A stretch of 64,000 bases of DNA from Thermoplasmatota archaeon (GCA_041601615.1 JBFIHX010000003.1:96001-160000), one strand, 5' to 3'; counted from the stretch's first letter, positions 20,027 to 29,866 are shown. Notes: generated by a model from the letters alone, not told the origin. Numbers and translations: made by a program.

Positions 20027-21535
20027 ATGAAAATCCAGGAACGAGGGCTCATTCTAACGCTCGCCATGGTGGGACTTCTCGTGCTCACTGCGGGCCCAGC
20101 AAATGCGCAATCGGAGCGACTTGGCGCTTCCAGTCTTCAATGGAGTGCCGGTTCGGATTTGCAAGGGTCGGTTCCAGTCATGGAGATGATGTATGGTCCG
20201 TTTGCTCGCTTTTCTCTTTCAGCAGAATCATTGCGAATAGAAACGGATGCGAATTTCGTCGATGTGCAACCCGTTGTGCAGGAGCATCCAGAAACTACAA
20301 TCCAAGAGGCAGGCAAATCCACTGTGGAAGGGCAGGAAGCCCGGGTTGATGCCCGCATGTTCATCCATGCCTCCAGGGGGGCCAAATTGGTGGCGCCGGA
20401 CCTTGCCGGATGCGGTGCTGCGCAACCTCCTGTGCGCTCTGCCCACGTCTACCAACCCTTCCTCTCCGGCCGCCCCACCCTCCGCGTCCCCCTCGACGAC
20501 GCAGTGCGCTGGGAACCGTGCGGCGATGGTACCGTGACCTTGCACGGCGACTTCATAATCGCACTCTGGGAGTGGGACGCCGAACTGCGAAGCAGCGACG
20601 GCACGACCATGCTCCAAAGTGGGCGCGGAGACCCGACCGCGGGTGACCTGGGTTCCCGCGAGCAATTCCTGTTTGCCACGAATGCCACCTTGCGCCTGCC
20701 ACCCGGGAAGCAAGTGGTGTACTTGCGCGACCTCAGTGTGAGTACCGGCTCGGCGCACCTAGACGATGCCGAAGGTGAGGTGGCGGGCCGCGCCGTGTCT
20801 GGTGCCTTGGAATTGGAGGGCGATTTGCGCGTGCAAATCCAAGGTCAGGGAGCAAACGCGCCGTTGCAGGCGACCATCGATGGCATCACCGCCGCAAGCA
20901 TCGACGGACAGACCCTGGTGGTGCCAGGTGCGCCGGCTGGGGGCGTGTCGAGGTGGCCGTGGCTCCTGCTCGTGTTGGCGGCTCCCGTGGTTGGAATCGC
21001 CTATGCAAGACCCCACCTTCACTACTTCTACAACGAGCGAAACGGTGGTGAATTGGGCAGCCTCGTGCCAAAATCTCGAGCGCAACGGCGCGGCGTCGGA
21101 GTGTGGATCATGGCTCGCAAGGCCGAACGACGCGGATGGTTCTGGCTCAGTTTCCGGCGCGCCACGCGAGCCAACAACTTGTTTCGACCGTTTCCTGAAG
21201 CGCAGTTCACACGCGCCGTCGCCGCCGGACACCTAGGGCGGCACGCGGACGCCATGACGGACTTCCTGGACCTGTACAACCGCCACGACGAGCCCATGGG
21301 CCGGGCTGCGGCCGCGTGCGGAATCGCCCAGGAATGCTGCCGCATGGAACGCTGGGCCAATGGCAAGGAATGGCTGCTCATAGCGACCACAGAATCGTTC
21401 GAGTATGCACACCAAGCGAGCATAGAGCCGGAGTTTGACCACTTCCAAGGCGAGCCTTGGTTCGATGCAATGCGGCGCGGACGGAACGTGGTGCCGGCGT
21501 TCGAATTCGACCGTGGCGACCCATCGGTCCACTAG
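20027..21535 (+). CDS. single-pass membrane protein with conserved extracellular domain and cytoplasmic TPR-like tail (module 1)
   Basis: Signal peptide; TM WPWLLLVLAAPVVGIAY; motifs shared with 40786 and 62350. Confidence 0.75.
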   Translation: MKIQERGLILTLAMVGLLVLTAGPANAQSERLGASSLQWSAGSDLQGSVPVMEMMYGPFARFSLSAESLRIETDANFVDVQPVVQEHPETTIQEAGKSTVEGQEARVDARMFIHASRGAKLVAPDLAGCGAAQPPVRSAHVYQPFLSGRPTLRVPLDDAVRWEPCGDGTVTLHGDFIIALWEWDAELRSSDGTTMLQSGRGDPTAGDLGSREQFLFATNATLRLPPGKQVVYLRDLSVSTGSAHLDDAEGEVAGRAVSGALELEGDLRVQIQGQGANAPLQATIDGITAASIDGQTLVVPGAPAGGVSRWPWLLLVLAAPVVGIAYARPHLHYFYNERNGGELGSLVPKSRAQRRGVGVWIMARKAERRGWFWLSFRRATRANNLFRPFPEAQFTRAVAAGHLGRHADAMTDFLDLYNRHDEPMGRAAAACGIAQECCRMERWANGKEWLLIATTESFEYAHQASIEPEFDHFQGEPWFDAMRRGRNVVPAFEFDRGDPSVH

Positions 21536-21537
21536 CT

Positions 21538-21867
21538 TCAATGCAAGCGATCTTGCCCGAATTCGGACGATCCCAACGGGCCCAACATTCGAGCCTTTTC
21601 CCATTCTTTCCCCTTTTTCCCTTCGTGTGGTGCGGGCTCAGGCGCCCATTCTGGAAGGGGGCCAAGGCCTCGCCGTCGCTCGTCCACCACGCGCCGCAGC
21701 TCGGCATCCCGGTAGCAATCGGCAAGCAACCGGCGACACGCCTCTGTGGCAAACCCGGACATGCTCCGGTGCCCCAGCCAACGCTGTTCACGGATCAGTT
21801 CGTCAATCGCGTCGGCCAGTTCACGCGGTAGCCCTGCCTGTCGGTGGGAAGATCCGTTCTGCAACAA
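21538..21867 (-). CDS. ribbon-helix-helix-like regulator (module 1)
   Basis: LPRELADAIDELI...LGHRSMSGF..EACR; similar to 61489..61728. Confidence 0.6.
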   Translation of the reverse strand: MLQNGSSHRQAGLPRELADAIDELIREQRWLGHRSMSGFATEACRRLLADCYRDAELRRVVDERRRGLGPLPEWAPEPAPHEGKKGKEWEKARMLGPLGSSEFGQDRLH

Positions 21868-21991
21868 GCCGCCGCAGCCTAGCTATGGCATTTAATATCC
21901 CCGAAATCAAGTGGAGAAATGGGGGCAATTGATTGCTGTAGCGCTGGCCCGCTGTGAAAGACCCATAGACACCCGCGTCCATGGCGGTCTC

Positions 21992-22384
21992 ATGGAATAC
22001 GCAATCAAAGCCACCAGCCCGCATGGCTTCGACAGCACCGTCGAACGCGCCCGCGCCGAGCTTGCCCAAGAAGGCTTCGGGGTCCTGACGGAGATCGATA
22101 TGCAGGCAAAAATGCTCGAAAAACTGGACCGGAACATGGACCGATACCTGATTCTCGGTGCCTGCAATCCGCCACTTGCCTGGGATGCCGTACACGCCGA
22201 GCCCGACGTAGGTGTCCTCTTGCCTTGCAACGTCTGCGTCTACGAAAAAGACGGCGCCATTGTCGTCAGCGCCATGGATCCCAACGCGGCCCTGAGCATG
22301 ATCGAAGACCCCACCGTACACCGCGTCGCCGCCGACGCCCGCAAGCGACTGGTCACGGCCGTGGCCAACACCTGCGCCGCCTGA
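21992..22384 (+). CDS. DUF302 domain protein
   Basis: GFGVLTEID, YLILGACNP, GVLLPCNV. Confidence 0.9.
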   Translation: MEYAIKATSPHGFDSTVERARAELAQEGFGVLTEIDMQAKMLEKLDRNMDRYLILGACNPPLAWDAVHAEPDVGVLLPCNVCVYEKDGAIVVSAMDPNAALSMIEDPTVHRVAADARKRLVTAVANTCAA

Positions 22385-22659
22385 GCCCAGGAGTCAGTCG
22401 CGTCGCCCATGCCGGCCTGCTCGTCCCCGCGCCCGCCCCTGCTCCCGTCTCGGTCTCCCACCCACCTCTCCCAACCTCCCTTCTTCTTCGCCGCTCCCAG
22501 CAATCTCTCCCATCCTCCCCTCTCCCCGCCATCTCTCCCATCCTCCCTTCTCCTCAACCCCTCCCATTCTTCCCTCCCATCCTCCGCTCATCCCCCTATC
22601 CACTCTCGGGCCAAGTCCCCTGCCGCAGCGTTCATTGCACCCCCCAGACTGGGCCGCTC

Positions 22660-22983
22660 GTGCAGATTCAGGGCGTCGAACAAATCGACCCGCAGACCGC
22701 CCACAAACGCCAGGGCCAAGGCGTCACCCTCGTGGACGTGCGCGAGGATGAAGAACGGCGATCCGCCAGCATCCCCGGAACCCTCTGGATTCCCCTATCC
22801 ATTTTCGCCAACCGGTGGCAAGAACTCCCAGACGAACCCCTCATCGTCTACTGCGCCGCCGGCGCCCGCAGCCAACAAGCCGCCACATTCCTACAAATGC
22901 AGGGACGCCGCGCCGGCAACCTTCGCGGCGGCATCATGGGCTGGGCCCAAGCCGGATTGCCCCTTGAAACCGGCGACAACTGA
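22660..22983 (+). CDS. rhodanese-like protein
   Basis: LVDVRE..E, YCAAGARS, LRGGIMGW. Confidence 0.88.
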   Translation: MQIQGVEQIDPQTAHKRQGQGVTLVDVREDEERRSASIPGTLWIPLSIFANRWQELPDEPLIVYCAAGARSQQAATFLQMQGRRAGNLRGGIMGWAQAGLPLETGDN

Positions 22984-23085
22984 GCCCCGCTAGGCCCCAA
23001 CCTTGACCACCCCGGGGCAGACAGCCCCTCCGCCCCCAACGCACTCGCTTAGCCCCGGCGCCACCCAATCCTGTTCGGCGGTGCC

Positions 23086-24339
23086 TTGGACCAAGAACTC
23101 GCGGCCATGCAAGAAAGGCTCGACGCCAACGTCCAGGTCACCATAGCGCCCATAAGCGGCGCCCTCGGCGGCCTCATCGCCTGGGTCGCCTTCACCGAAC
23201 GAGACCTCATCGGCGTCCCCCGCCTGCAAGCCATATTCTGGGCCGACTTGGTCGTTGCCGCATTCTACATCGGCCTCTGTCTCCTATTGTGGCGACGGCC
23301 CGCCCCCGTCCGCTTCGCCCAGATGCTCGCGTTCCTGATCGCACTTGCAGCTATTGCCACCAGTCTCACCACCCTCATCGCGCAACGCGACGCGTCCCCT
23401 CCTTTCACACTCGCCCTCGTCATCCTCGGCGCCGGCCTCGTCTTCCTATCGCAGCGCTGGATGATTGCACTCACGATCACCGTTTGGGTCGCGTGGCTCC
23501 TTGCAACACCCCTCCTCGCAAGCAGCATACGCACAGACTCCCTCTTCATCCTCCAAGTGGCCACCGCCATCGCACTCGTTGCGCACTGGGGGCGTCTACA
23601 CGCCTACCGGCGATTCATCACCGCCGAAAAACTCGAAGCCGCAGGACGACAAAAAGCCGAACGACTCGCCATGGAACTCGAACAATTTGCAAGCGTCGTG
23701 GCACACGACCTGCAAAACCCCCTCACCGCCATCCGACTCAAATGCGCAACCCTCCGACTCCAAGCCCCCGTCACCATCCAAAGCACCATCGACGCCCTCG
23801 ACCACGTCGCCGACAACATGGGGCACATGATCAGCGACCTTCTCGACTACGCACGCGCCGGCAGCCGCACCTTCCTCCGAGAAGCCGTCCCGCTCGCCTC
23901 GGTGTTTCACGAAATTGAAGTCATCTTCCAAGAACGATTTGAGGCGGCCGGCGCCAGACTCGAAAGCGAAGGCCTACCCACCGTCTACGGCGACCCAACC
24001 CAGCTCACCCAACTGTTCCAAAACCTCATCGGAAACGCCCTGCACTACCGGCACCCCACCCGCCCACTCCGCGTCTTCGTCCATGGCGCAAGCGTCCCCG
24101 ACGGCGTCGTCGTCACCGTCGCCGACAACGGCCAAGGCTTCGACCCATCCATCCGAGAACGCATGTTCATGCCGTTCCAACGCGGCGACACCACCCACAC
24201 CGGACACGGGCTCGGACTCGCCACATGCAGACGCATCATGGAATCTATGAACGGCACCATCGAAGCCGCCAGCCAACCCAGCGGCGGAGCACTGTTTACG
24301 CTCTGGTTTCCTGCCGTCACAAACACAACCAGCAATTAG
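23086..24339 (+). CDS. membrane sensor histidine kinase
   Basis: Multiple TM helices; H-box AHDLQNPL; N-box QNLIGNA; DNGQGF; GHGLGL. Confidence 0.92.
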   Translation: MDQELAAMQERLDANVQVTIAPISGALGGLIAWVAFTERDLIGVPRLQAIFWADLVVAAFYIGLCLLLWRRPAPVRFAQMLAFLIALAAIATSLTTLIAQRDASPPFTLALVILGAGLVFLSQRWMIALTITVWVAWLLATPLLASSIRTDSLFILQVATAIALVAHWGRLHAYRRFITAEKLEAAGRQKAERLAMELEQFASVVAHDLQNPLTAIRLKCATLRLQAPVTIQSTIDALDHVADNMGHMISDLLDYARAGSRTFLREAVPLASVFHEIEVIFQERFEAAGARLESEGLPTVYGDPTQLTQLFQNLIGNALHYRHPTRPLRVFVHGASVPDGVVVTVADNGQGFDPSIRERMFMPFQRGDTTHTGHGLGLATCRRIMESMNGTIEAASQPSGGALFTLWFPAVTNTTSN

Positions 24340-24360
24340 CCCCCGGCGCCTCACCGCAGC

Positions 24361-25023
24361 ATGGCCCAGTTCGTCCCCTACCAACCAGAGCACGTACCCG
24401 CCGACCTGAGCCTCACCCGCGCCCGCGCCTTCCGCGAAGACCTCGATGGCCGCCGCACCGTGCGCATGTTCGACCCCAACCGACCCGTCGACCGCGCCGT
24501 CATCGAAGAAGTGCTGCTTGCCGCCGGCACCGCCCCCAGCGGCGCCCACAAACAACCCTGGACCTTCGTCGCCATCTCGGACCACGAACTCAAAACCCGC
24601 ATCCGCGAAGCGACCGAAGAACAAGAACGCCGATTCTACGACGAAGTCGCCCCCGACGAATGGCTCGCCGACCTCGAACCACTCGGCACCGACTTCCTAA
24701 AAGCACACATCACCGACGCCCCCTGGCTCCTCGTGGTCTTTGCACAAGACTACGCCCTCGCCCCCGACGGCACCAAGTCCAAACACTACTACGTCAACGA
24801 ATCCGTCGGCATCGCCTGCGGCTTCCTCCTCGCCGCCATCCGCCGCGCAGGACTCGTCGCGCTCACCCACACACCAAGCCCCATGACGTACCTACGCGAC
24901 CTCCTGGACCGACCCAAAAACGAACGCACCTACCTCGTCCTCCCCGTCGGCTACCCCGCGCCCGACTGCAACGTTCCCGACCTCGACCGCAAACCCCTCG
25001 ACGCCTTCGTGGCATGGAAATGA
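24361..25023 (+). CDS. nitroreductase family, iodotyrosine deiodinase-like
   Basis: RRTVRMF, TAPSGAHKQPW, EE.ERRFY, YYVNESVGIACG, LTHTPSPM. Confidence 0.85.
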   Translation: MAQFVPYQPEHVPADLSLTRARAFREDLDGRRTVRMFDPNRPVDRAVIEEVLLAAGTAPSGAHKQPWTFVAISDHELKTRIREATEEQERRFYDEVAPDEWLADLEPLGTDFLKAHITDAPWLLVVFAQDYALAPDGTKSKHYYVNESVGIACGFLLAAIRRAGLVALTHTPSPMTYLRDLLDRPKNERTYLVLPVGYPAPDCNVPDLDRKPLDAFVAWK

Positions 25024-25640
25024 CCGACGCAAGCCTTGGCCACCACGCCCAAACTCCACGCCCCACCCTCACAGGTAACCATGTGCGCCTCGAACCCTTA
25101 CGCGTCGACCACGCCGCAGAACTCTGGCCCGCCGTCGACGACCCAACCATCGCTCAGTACTGGCCCCGACGCTGGACCAACCAACAAGACGTAGAACGCC
25201 AATTCGAAGCACTCACCAACACAGCCGCCACGACACCCTACCTCGTGCGAAACGCACGAACCGGCGCGGCCGCCGGCTCCACCGCATTCTACAACATCAG
25301 CACCGAACACCTACACCTCAGCATCGGCTGGACCTTCTACAACCAAGCCCACCGCCGCACCGCTACCAACACCGAAACCAAACTCCTGCTGCTGACCGAA
25401 GCCTTCGAAACCTGCCGCATGGAACGCGTCCAATTCGACGTAGACGGCCGCAACACCCGCAGCCAAGAAGCCGTCCTTAGGCTCGGGGCCAACCTGGACG
25501 GCATCCTGCGCCGCCACCGAGTCCTTCACGACGGCTACATCCGCGACACGCACGTCTTTTCGATCCTGCGCGAAGAATGGCCAGCCGCAAAAGCACGGCT
25601 CCAAAAACGACTGGACGGCCCCGCTGACTTTGAAGCTTAG
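25020..25640 (+). CDS. RimJ/RimL-like GNAT acetyltransferase
   Basis: SIGWTF, RRTATNTETKLLLL, N.RSQ.AV.RLGA..DG.LR. Confidence 0.85.
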   Translation: MTDASLGHHAQTPRPTLTGNHVRLEPLRVDHAAELWPAVDDPTIAQYWPRRWTNQQDVERQFEALTNTAATTPYLVRNARTGAAAGSTAFYNISTEHLHLSIGWTFYNQAHRRTATNTETKLLLLTEAFETCRMERVQFDVDGRNTRSQEAVLRLGANLDGILRRHRVLHDGYIRDTHVFSILREEWPAAKARLQKRLDGPADFEA

Positions 25641-26026
25641 AGATTCTGCGAATACAGCAGCGTGTCCGTCGGCTCGTGCACCATCGTAATCTTGGTGCTC
25701 GAAGCGCTACAATTGAGCACATCGCCAGGACCCACGGTTTCGCCCTGATTGTCGATGGTCAAAGCTCCGCCCGCGCACATGATTTCCAGATCGGTCCAAG
25801 GCACCGGCCCACAGGTCACCTTGCTCACCGTGAAATCCGTGGAGCCACTCGCCGCGGCACTCTTGATGAAAGAAATCTGAGGCACCGGACATGAGTTGGC
25901 CGGTTGTTGACTCCCGTCGCCATCCTGGCCCTCAAAATCATCCTGCAACTTCCCCAAATCACTATAAAAAACGCAGCCCGCCAGCAAGATGGACATCAAA
26001 ACCAAGGCAATGCCAAGAATACGCAT
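25637..26026 (-). CDS. small lipoprotein resembling an archaeal pilin globular domain
   Basis: LAGC lipobox; W.DL.I, VGPGDVL, MVHEPTDTLL. Confidence 0.55.
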   Translation of the reverse strand: MRILGIALVLMSILLAGCVFYSDLGKLQDDFEGQDGDGSQQPANSCPVPQISFIKSAAASGSTDFTVSKVTCGPVPWTDLEIMCAGGALTIDNQGETVGPGDVLNCSASSTKITMVHEPTDTLLYSQNL

Positions 26027-26060
26027 GCCCCAACAAAGCAGGGGCCCAATATGGAACTGC

Positions 26061-27161
26061 CTACTCGTCCCAACCGTACCCTTCCTTCAACGCAAATTCC
26101 ACATCGCCAGCAAACCGACCCGGATCCAAGCCCGAGTCCGCCTTGCCGTCCACCGCATCCGCCAACCGCTCCCCGAGCGCCAAGCACCGCATGACACCAA
26201 ATCCATTGTCGCCCGTCAACACCCACAAATCATCCGCGCCCGGCACAGCACCGCACAACGCTCGCCGGTCGGGAGTCCCCACGCACAGGCCCGCCCAACC
26301 ACGACGAAGCAACGCATCCCCCCCGTGCTCAAATCGACCCACCATGCGACTCGCAATGCTCTCCACAAACTCCGGGTCCGCCGCCTCGTCAAAGTGATCC
26401 GGATCAAACGGCCGCAATTGCGTCCCGTTGCCTGCCAACATCGACCCATCCGACTCCGGCCGCGTATAGAACCCCTGCACCAAATCATGCACCATCGGCA
26501 AATCCGTCGCGTCAGGCAACCCCAGACTCGAAAGCTGCGTCCGGTACGACTTTGCCGCAATCGGATGGCCCCAACGTGCTAGAAGCGGCGCCGTCCACGC
26601 GCCACCTGCAACCACCACCGCACCCTCCGGTCGCTCCCGCACTTCCTGGCCACTGCGAATGGTCGCATCCTCATTGGCCAGCCGACCCGCAAGCAACTGC
26701 ACAAGATCATTCGGCTCTACAGCACCATCCTCCTGAGCCACCAACACCTCCTCGCCTGGAGCAAACCGCACGCCCGGAAACTGCGCCGCCGCCTCCCGGA
26801 ACCCAAACCGCTCCGGCTCCTCCCCAAGCCGATCCAAACGATGCTCCATTTCATCCAACGCCGCAAGTCCTCGACCCGACGCAACCACGAGGCTATCGTA
26901 CGGCTTCCACAACCCACGCGCCACCGGATCACCCTCAATCATCGCAAGACTCACCAACTCCCCAATTCGACCCCTCGTTTCCTGAACAAGCCGAAACTCA
27001 TCATCATGCCACGTCATCGTACTGACAATACCCGCCGCCTTGCCGCTCGAACCCGCCCCCGGCTGACCCTTCTCCAAGACCTCCACCGAATGGCCCTGCT
27101 CCGCCAAACAAAGAGCCGCAGACAAACCAAGGACCCCGGCGCCAACAACCGTAACCTGCAC
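26061..27161 (-). CDS. FAD-dependent oxidoreductase (DAO/sarcosine oxidase family)
   Basis: VVGAGVLG Rossmann motif, GSSGKAAG, GWAGLC..TPD, G.NGFG. Confidence 0.88.
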   Translation of the reverse strand: MQVTVVGAGVLGLSAALCLAEQGHSVEVLEKGQPGAGSSGKAAGIVSTMTWHDDEFRLVQETRGRIGELVSLAMIEGDPVARGLWKPYDSLVVASGRGLAALDEMEHRLDRLGEEPERFGFREAAAQFPGVRFAPGEEVLVAQEDGAVEPNDLVQLLAGRLANEDATIRSGQEVRERPEGAVVVAGGAWTAPLLARWGHPIAAKSYRTQLSSLGLPDATDLPMVHDLVQGFYTRPESDGSMLAGNGTQLRPFDPDHFDEAADPEFVESIASRMVGRFEHGGDALLRRGWAGLCVGTPDRRALCGAVPGADDLWVLTGDNGFGVMRCLALGERLADAVDGKADSGLDPGRFAGDVEFALKEGYGWDE

Positions 27162-27191
27162 AACGCCGCCAAATCCAACCCCAGTTCAACG

Positions 27192-27410
27192 CTACCGTTT
27201 CAACCGCACCCGACCCGACCCGTCAAGACGCCACACAAACCGCCACACCAACCAAAACGCCCCCAACAACACCGCCAACGGCACCATCACCAACGCCGCA
27301 ATCGTCAACACCTGCACCAACGCAAACCCGCTAGCAAACAGGATCAAAGTCAACAACCCAAAACCCGACAACAACCCAATCGCCGCCCCCGCCTGCCAAT
27401 CCCAAGCCAC
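27192..27410 (-). CDS. small two-TM membrane protein
   Basis: Two hydrophobic segments in 72 aa. Confidence 0.5.
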   Translation of the reverse strand: MAWDWQAGAAIGLLSGFGLLTLILFASGFALVQVLTIAALVMVPLAVLLGAFWLVWRFVWRLDGSGRVRLKR

Positions 27411-27525
27411 AAACCCTGCACGAAACCACCGCGCTTGGCCATGCCGGTCCGCTAGGTCTTGCGCAAGCCTTCAAAAACGCCCGGCACCAACCTGGGCGGG
27501 TGTCGAGTACTGATAGGATGGGCCG

Positions 27526-28011
27526 ATGATCCAGGCCCGCGACCCACACGAAACCCTGCCGCAACCCTCCCCACCCACGCCCCCATCACCCAACGAGGCC
27601 ACCAAGCCCCCCGCCACCGTCGTCATCGCCGACGACGCACTCCACATTCGCCGCACCCTACACGCCCTCCTGCACGACTCCCGCCACTTCCAAGTGGTCG
27701 CCGAAGCAGCAGACGGCGCCCAAGCCATCGAACAATGCCGCCGCCTCCGCCCCGACGTGCTCCTGCTTGACCTCTCCATGCCCAACGTAGACGGATTCCA
27801 AGCCCTCGCAGCCGTCCGCACCACCAGCCCCCACACCAAAGTCATCGTCATAAGTGGCCAAGAACCAACCAAACACCGCCGCCGCGCCCTGCGCCTCGGA
27901 GCCACCGGATACATCGACAAAAGCACCGAAATCTTCGCAATCTGGAACGAAATCCTCACCATCCTCACCAAGCCCGTTGCCACCCACGGCCCCACTCCCT
28001 CCCTCACCTAG
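27526..28011 (+). CDS. single-domain response regulator (receiver)
   Basis: IADD, LLDLSMP..DG, IS, YIDK. Confidence 0.85.
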   Translation: MIQARDPHETLPQPSPPTPPSPNEATKPPATVVIADDALHIRRTLHALLHDSRHFQVVAEAADGAQAIEQCRRLRPDVLLLDLSMPNVDGFQALAAVRTTSPHTKVIVISGQEPTKHRRRALRLGATGYIDKSTEIFAIWNEILTILTKPVATHGPTPSLT

Positions 28012-28243
28012 GCCCAACCCCGGGGTTGAACCAGGACAAGCAGCGAAGATTCCACGAAATCCCCCCTGGCCCCCCTCCCGCGCCGGCCACCCCCGCCGCA
28101 CCGCCGCAGCCCCACTCCTCGCCTCCTACACCACGCTCCAGGCGCACCAAATAGTCATATACCCCCCCTTTGTCGCGCAGCATTGCATCCTCGAAAGGGG
28201 AGACACCGATCCTTTGGCCCTATGAGGCCCAGGGGGAGTCCAC

Positions 28244-28708
28244 ATGTCAAACAAGGAAGAATTCGGAGAAGACTTCCGGTACCTAGTCCGTATCGTCAAC
28301 ACGGACTTGGACGGGAAGCTGAACGTCGTCACCGCGCTGACCGGCATCAAAGGCGTCAACGACCGCCTGAGCCGCGTCATCGCCACCCACGCCGCCCTGC
28401 CGCTTACGGGCCGCATCGGTGACCTCAGCGACGAACAGATCGACACGCTCATCCAGAGCATCGAGAGCGTAGAAGACTACGTTCCCACCTGGATGCTCAA
28501 CCGCCGCATGGACCCCGACTCCGGGGAAGACATCCACCTCGTCGGAAGCGAAATCACACTCACTCTTGAGGAAGACATCAACAACCTCAAGAAAATCAAG
28601 AGCTGGAAAGGCGAGCGCCACGCCCGCCACCTGCCCGTGCGCGGACAGCGCACGAAGAGCAACGGCCGCACCGGTGCCACCGTCGGTGTGCAGCGGAAGA
28701 AGAAGTAA
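28244..28708 (+). CDS. rps13: 30S ribosomal protein S13
   Basis: ALTGIKGV, WMLNRR.D, G.RH..LPVRGQRTKSN. Confidence 0.96.
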   Translation: MSNKEEFGEDFRYLVRIVNTDLDGKLNVVTALTGIKGVNDRLSRVIATHAALPLTGRIGDLSDEQIDTLIQSIESVEDYVPTWMLNRRMDPDSGEDIHLVGSEITLTLEEDINNLKKIKSWKGERHARHLPVRGQRTKSNGRTGATVGVQRKKK

Positions 28709-28724
28709 CCTGGAGGTGTGAAGT

Positions 28725-29477
28725 ATGGGTCAACCAAAGTTCCCGAAGAAGAAGTACGACACGCCTAACCACCCGTGGCAAGGCGACCGCATCAAGGAAG
28801 AGAACGAAGTTCGCAAGAAATTCGGCCTCAAGAACAAGCGCGAGATCTGGAAAGCCCAGACCCGCCTGCGTGAGATCCGCGGCCAAGCCCGCGCCCTCAT
28901 CAGCCGCGCTCGCAACCCCGACGACCACCAGGCCGCCCGGGAAGCCAAGCTCCTTCTTGCCCGCCTCAACCGCGAAGGCTACGTCGGCCAAGACGCCACC
29001 CTCGGTGACGTGCTCGGCATGGACCAGGACCGCATCCTGAACCGCCGCCTGCAAAGCCAGGTCTACCTCAAGGGTATGGCCCGCACCGCCAAGCAAGCGC
29101 GCCAGTTCGTCATCCACGGTCTCATCACCATCGGCGAGCGCCGTGTCACCGTCCCCAGCTACGTCGTGCGCCGCGACGAGGAAGACCAGATCGGCTTCCA
29201 CGACAGCGCCGCCGTCGCCGACCCGTCCCACCCCGTGCGCCCCCGTGCCCCCGGCCAAGACGCCGTCGAAGCCGCAGCCGCAGCCCCCGTGGCCGCAGCC
29301 GCAGCCGTCGCTGCCCCAGTCGCAGAAGCGGCCCCCGCCGCAGTCGAAGAAGCAGTGGCTGAAACTCCCGAACCCGTCAAGGAAGCCGCAGAAGCGGTCG
29401 CCGAGACCACCGAGACCGTCGCCGACTCCGCCCCCGAGGCGCCCAAGGCTGACACCGAAACCAAGGAGGAATCCTGA
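28725..29477 (+). CDS. rps4: 30S ribosomal protein S4 with Ala/Glu-rich C-terminal extension
   Basis: [33 protein letters not shown]. Confidence 0.96.
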   Translation: MGQPKFPKKKYDTPNHPWQGDRIKEENEVRKKFGLKNKREIWKAQTRLREIRGQARALISRARNPDDHQAAREAKLLLARLNREGYVGQDATLGDVLGMDQDRILNRRLQSQVYLKGMARTAKQARQFVIHGLITIGERRVTVPSYVVRRDEEDQIGFHDSAAVADPSHPVRPRAPGQDAVEAAAAAPVAAAAAVAAPVAEAAPAAVEEAVAETPEPVKEAAEAVAETTETVADSAPEAPKADTETKEES

Positions 29478-29866
29478 TGGCTGAGGCAAAGAAGGGTGTT
29501 GCACACATCTTCGCGACGTACAACAACATCATCATCACCGTGACCGACGCCACGGGCGCAGAAACCATCACCAAGTGCAGCGGCGGCATGGCCGTCAAGG
29601 CCCAGAAGGACCAAGGTGGCCCCCACGCCGCCATGACCGCGGCCCAACGCGTCGCCGATGCACTCAAGGAGAAGGGCTTCAACACCGTCGACATCCGCGT
29701 ACGCGGCTACGGTGGCAACAAGAGCAAGAGCCCCGGCCCCGGCGCGCAAGCTGCCATCCGTGGTCTTGCCCGCTCCGGCATCATCGTCGGCCGCATCGAA
29801 GATGTGACTCCGGTGCCCCACGACGGCACCCGTAAGAAGGGCGGTCGCCGCGGCCGCCGTGTCTGA
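29477..29866 (+). CDS. rps11: 30S ribosomal protein S11
   Basis: [30 protein letters not shown]. Confidence 0.97.
   Translation: MAEAKKGVAHIFATYNNIIITVTDATGAETITKCSGGMAVKAQKDQGGPHAAMTAAQRVADALKEKGFNTVDIRVRGYGGNKSKSPGPGAQAAIRGLARSGIIVGRIEDVTPVPHDGTRKKGGRRGRRV

Noticed and set aside
21538-21867. RHH proteins as toxin-antitoxin antitoxins
   Set aside because: No adjacent PIN/RelE-like toxin ORF at either RHH locus.
19620-21908. Imperfect direct repeat AATATCCCC(C)G.AATC flanking module 1 as an att site or target duplication
   Set aside because: Short and gapped, no recombinase nearby, and the second copy overlaps a TATA-like element; chance not excluded.
23086-28011. Histidine kinase and receiver as the output of the repeated module
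   Set aside because: Near only one of the three modules and separated from it by unrelated genes.
29260-29477. Ala/Glu/Pro-rich tail of S4 as a separate domain
   Set aside because: Low-complexity extensions are common on ribosomal proteins of such archaea.
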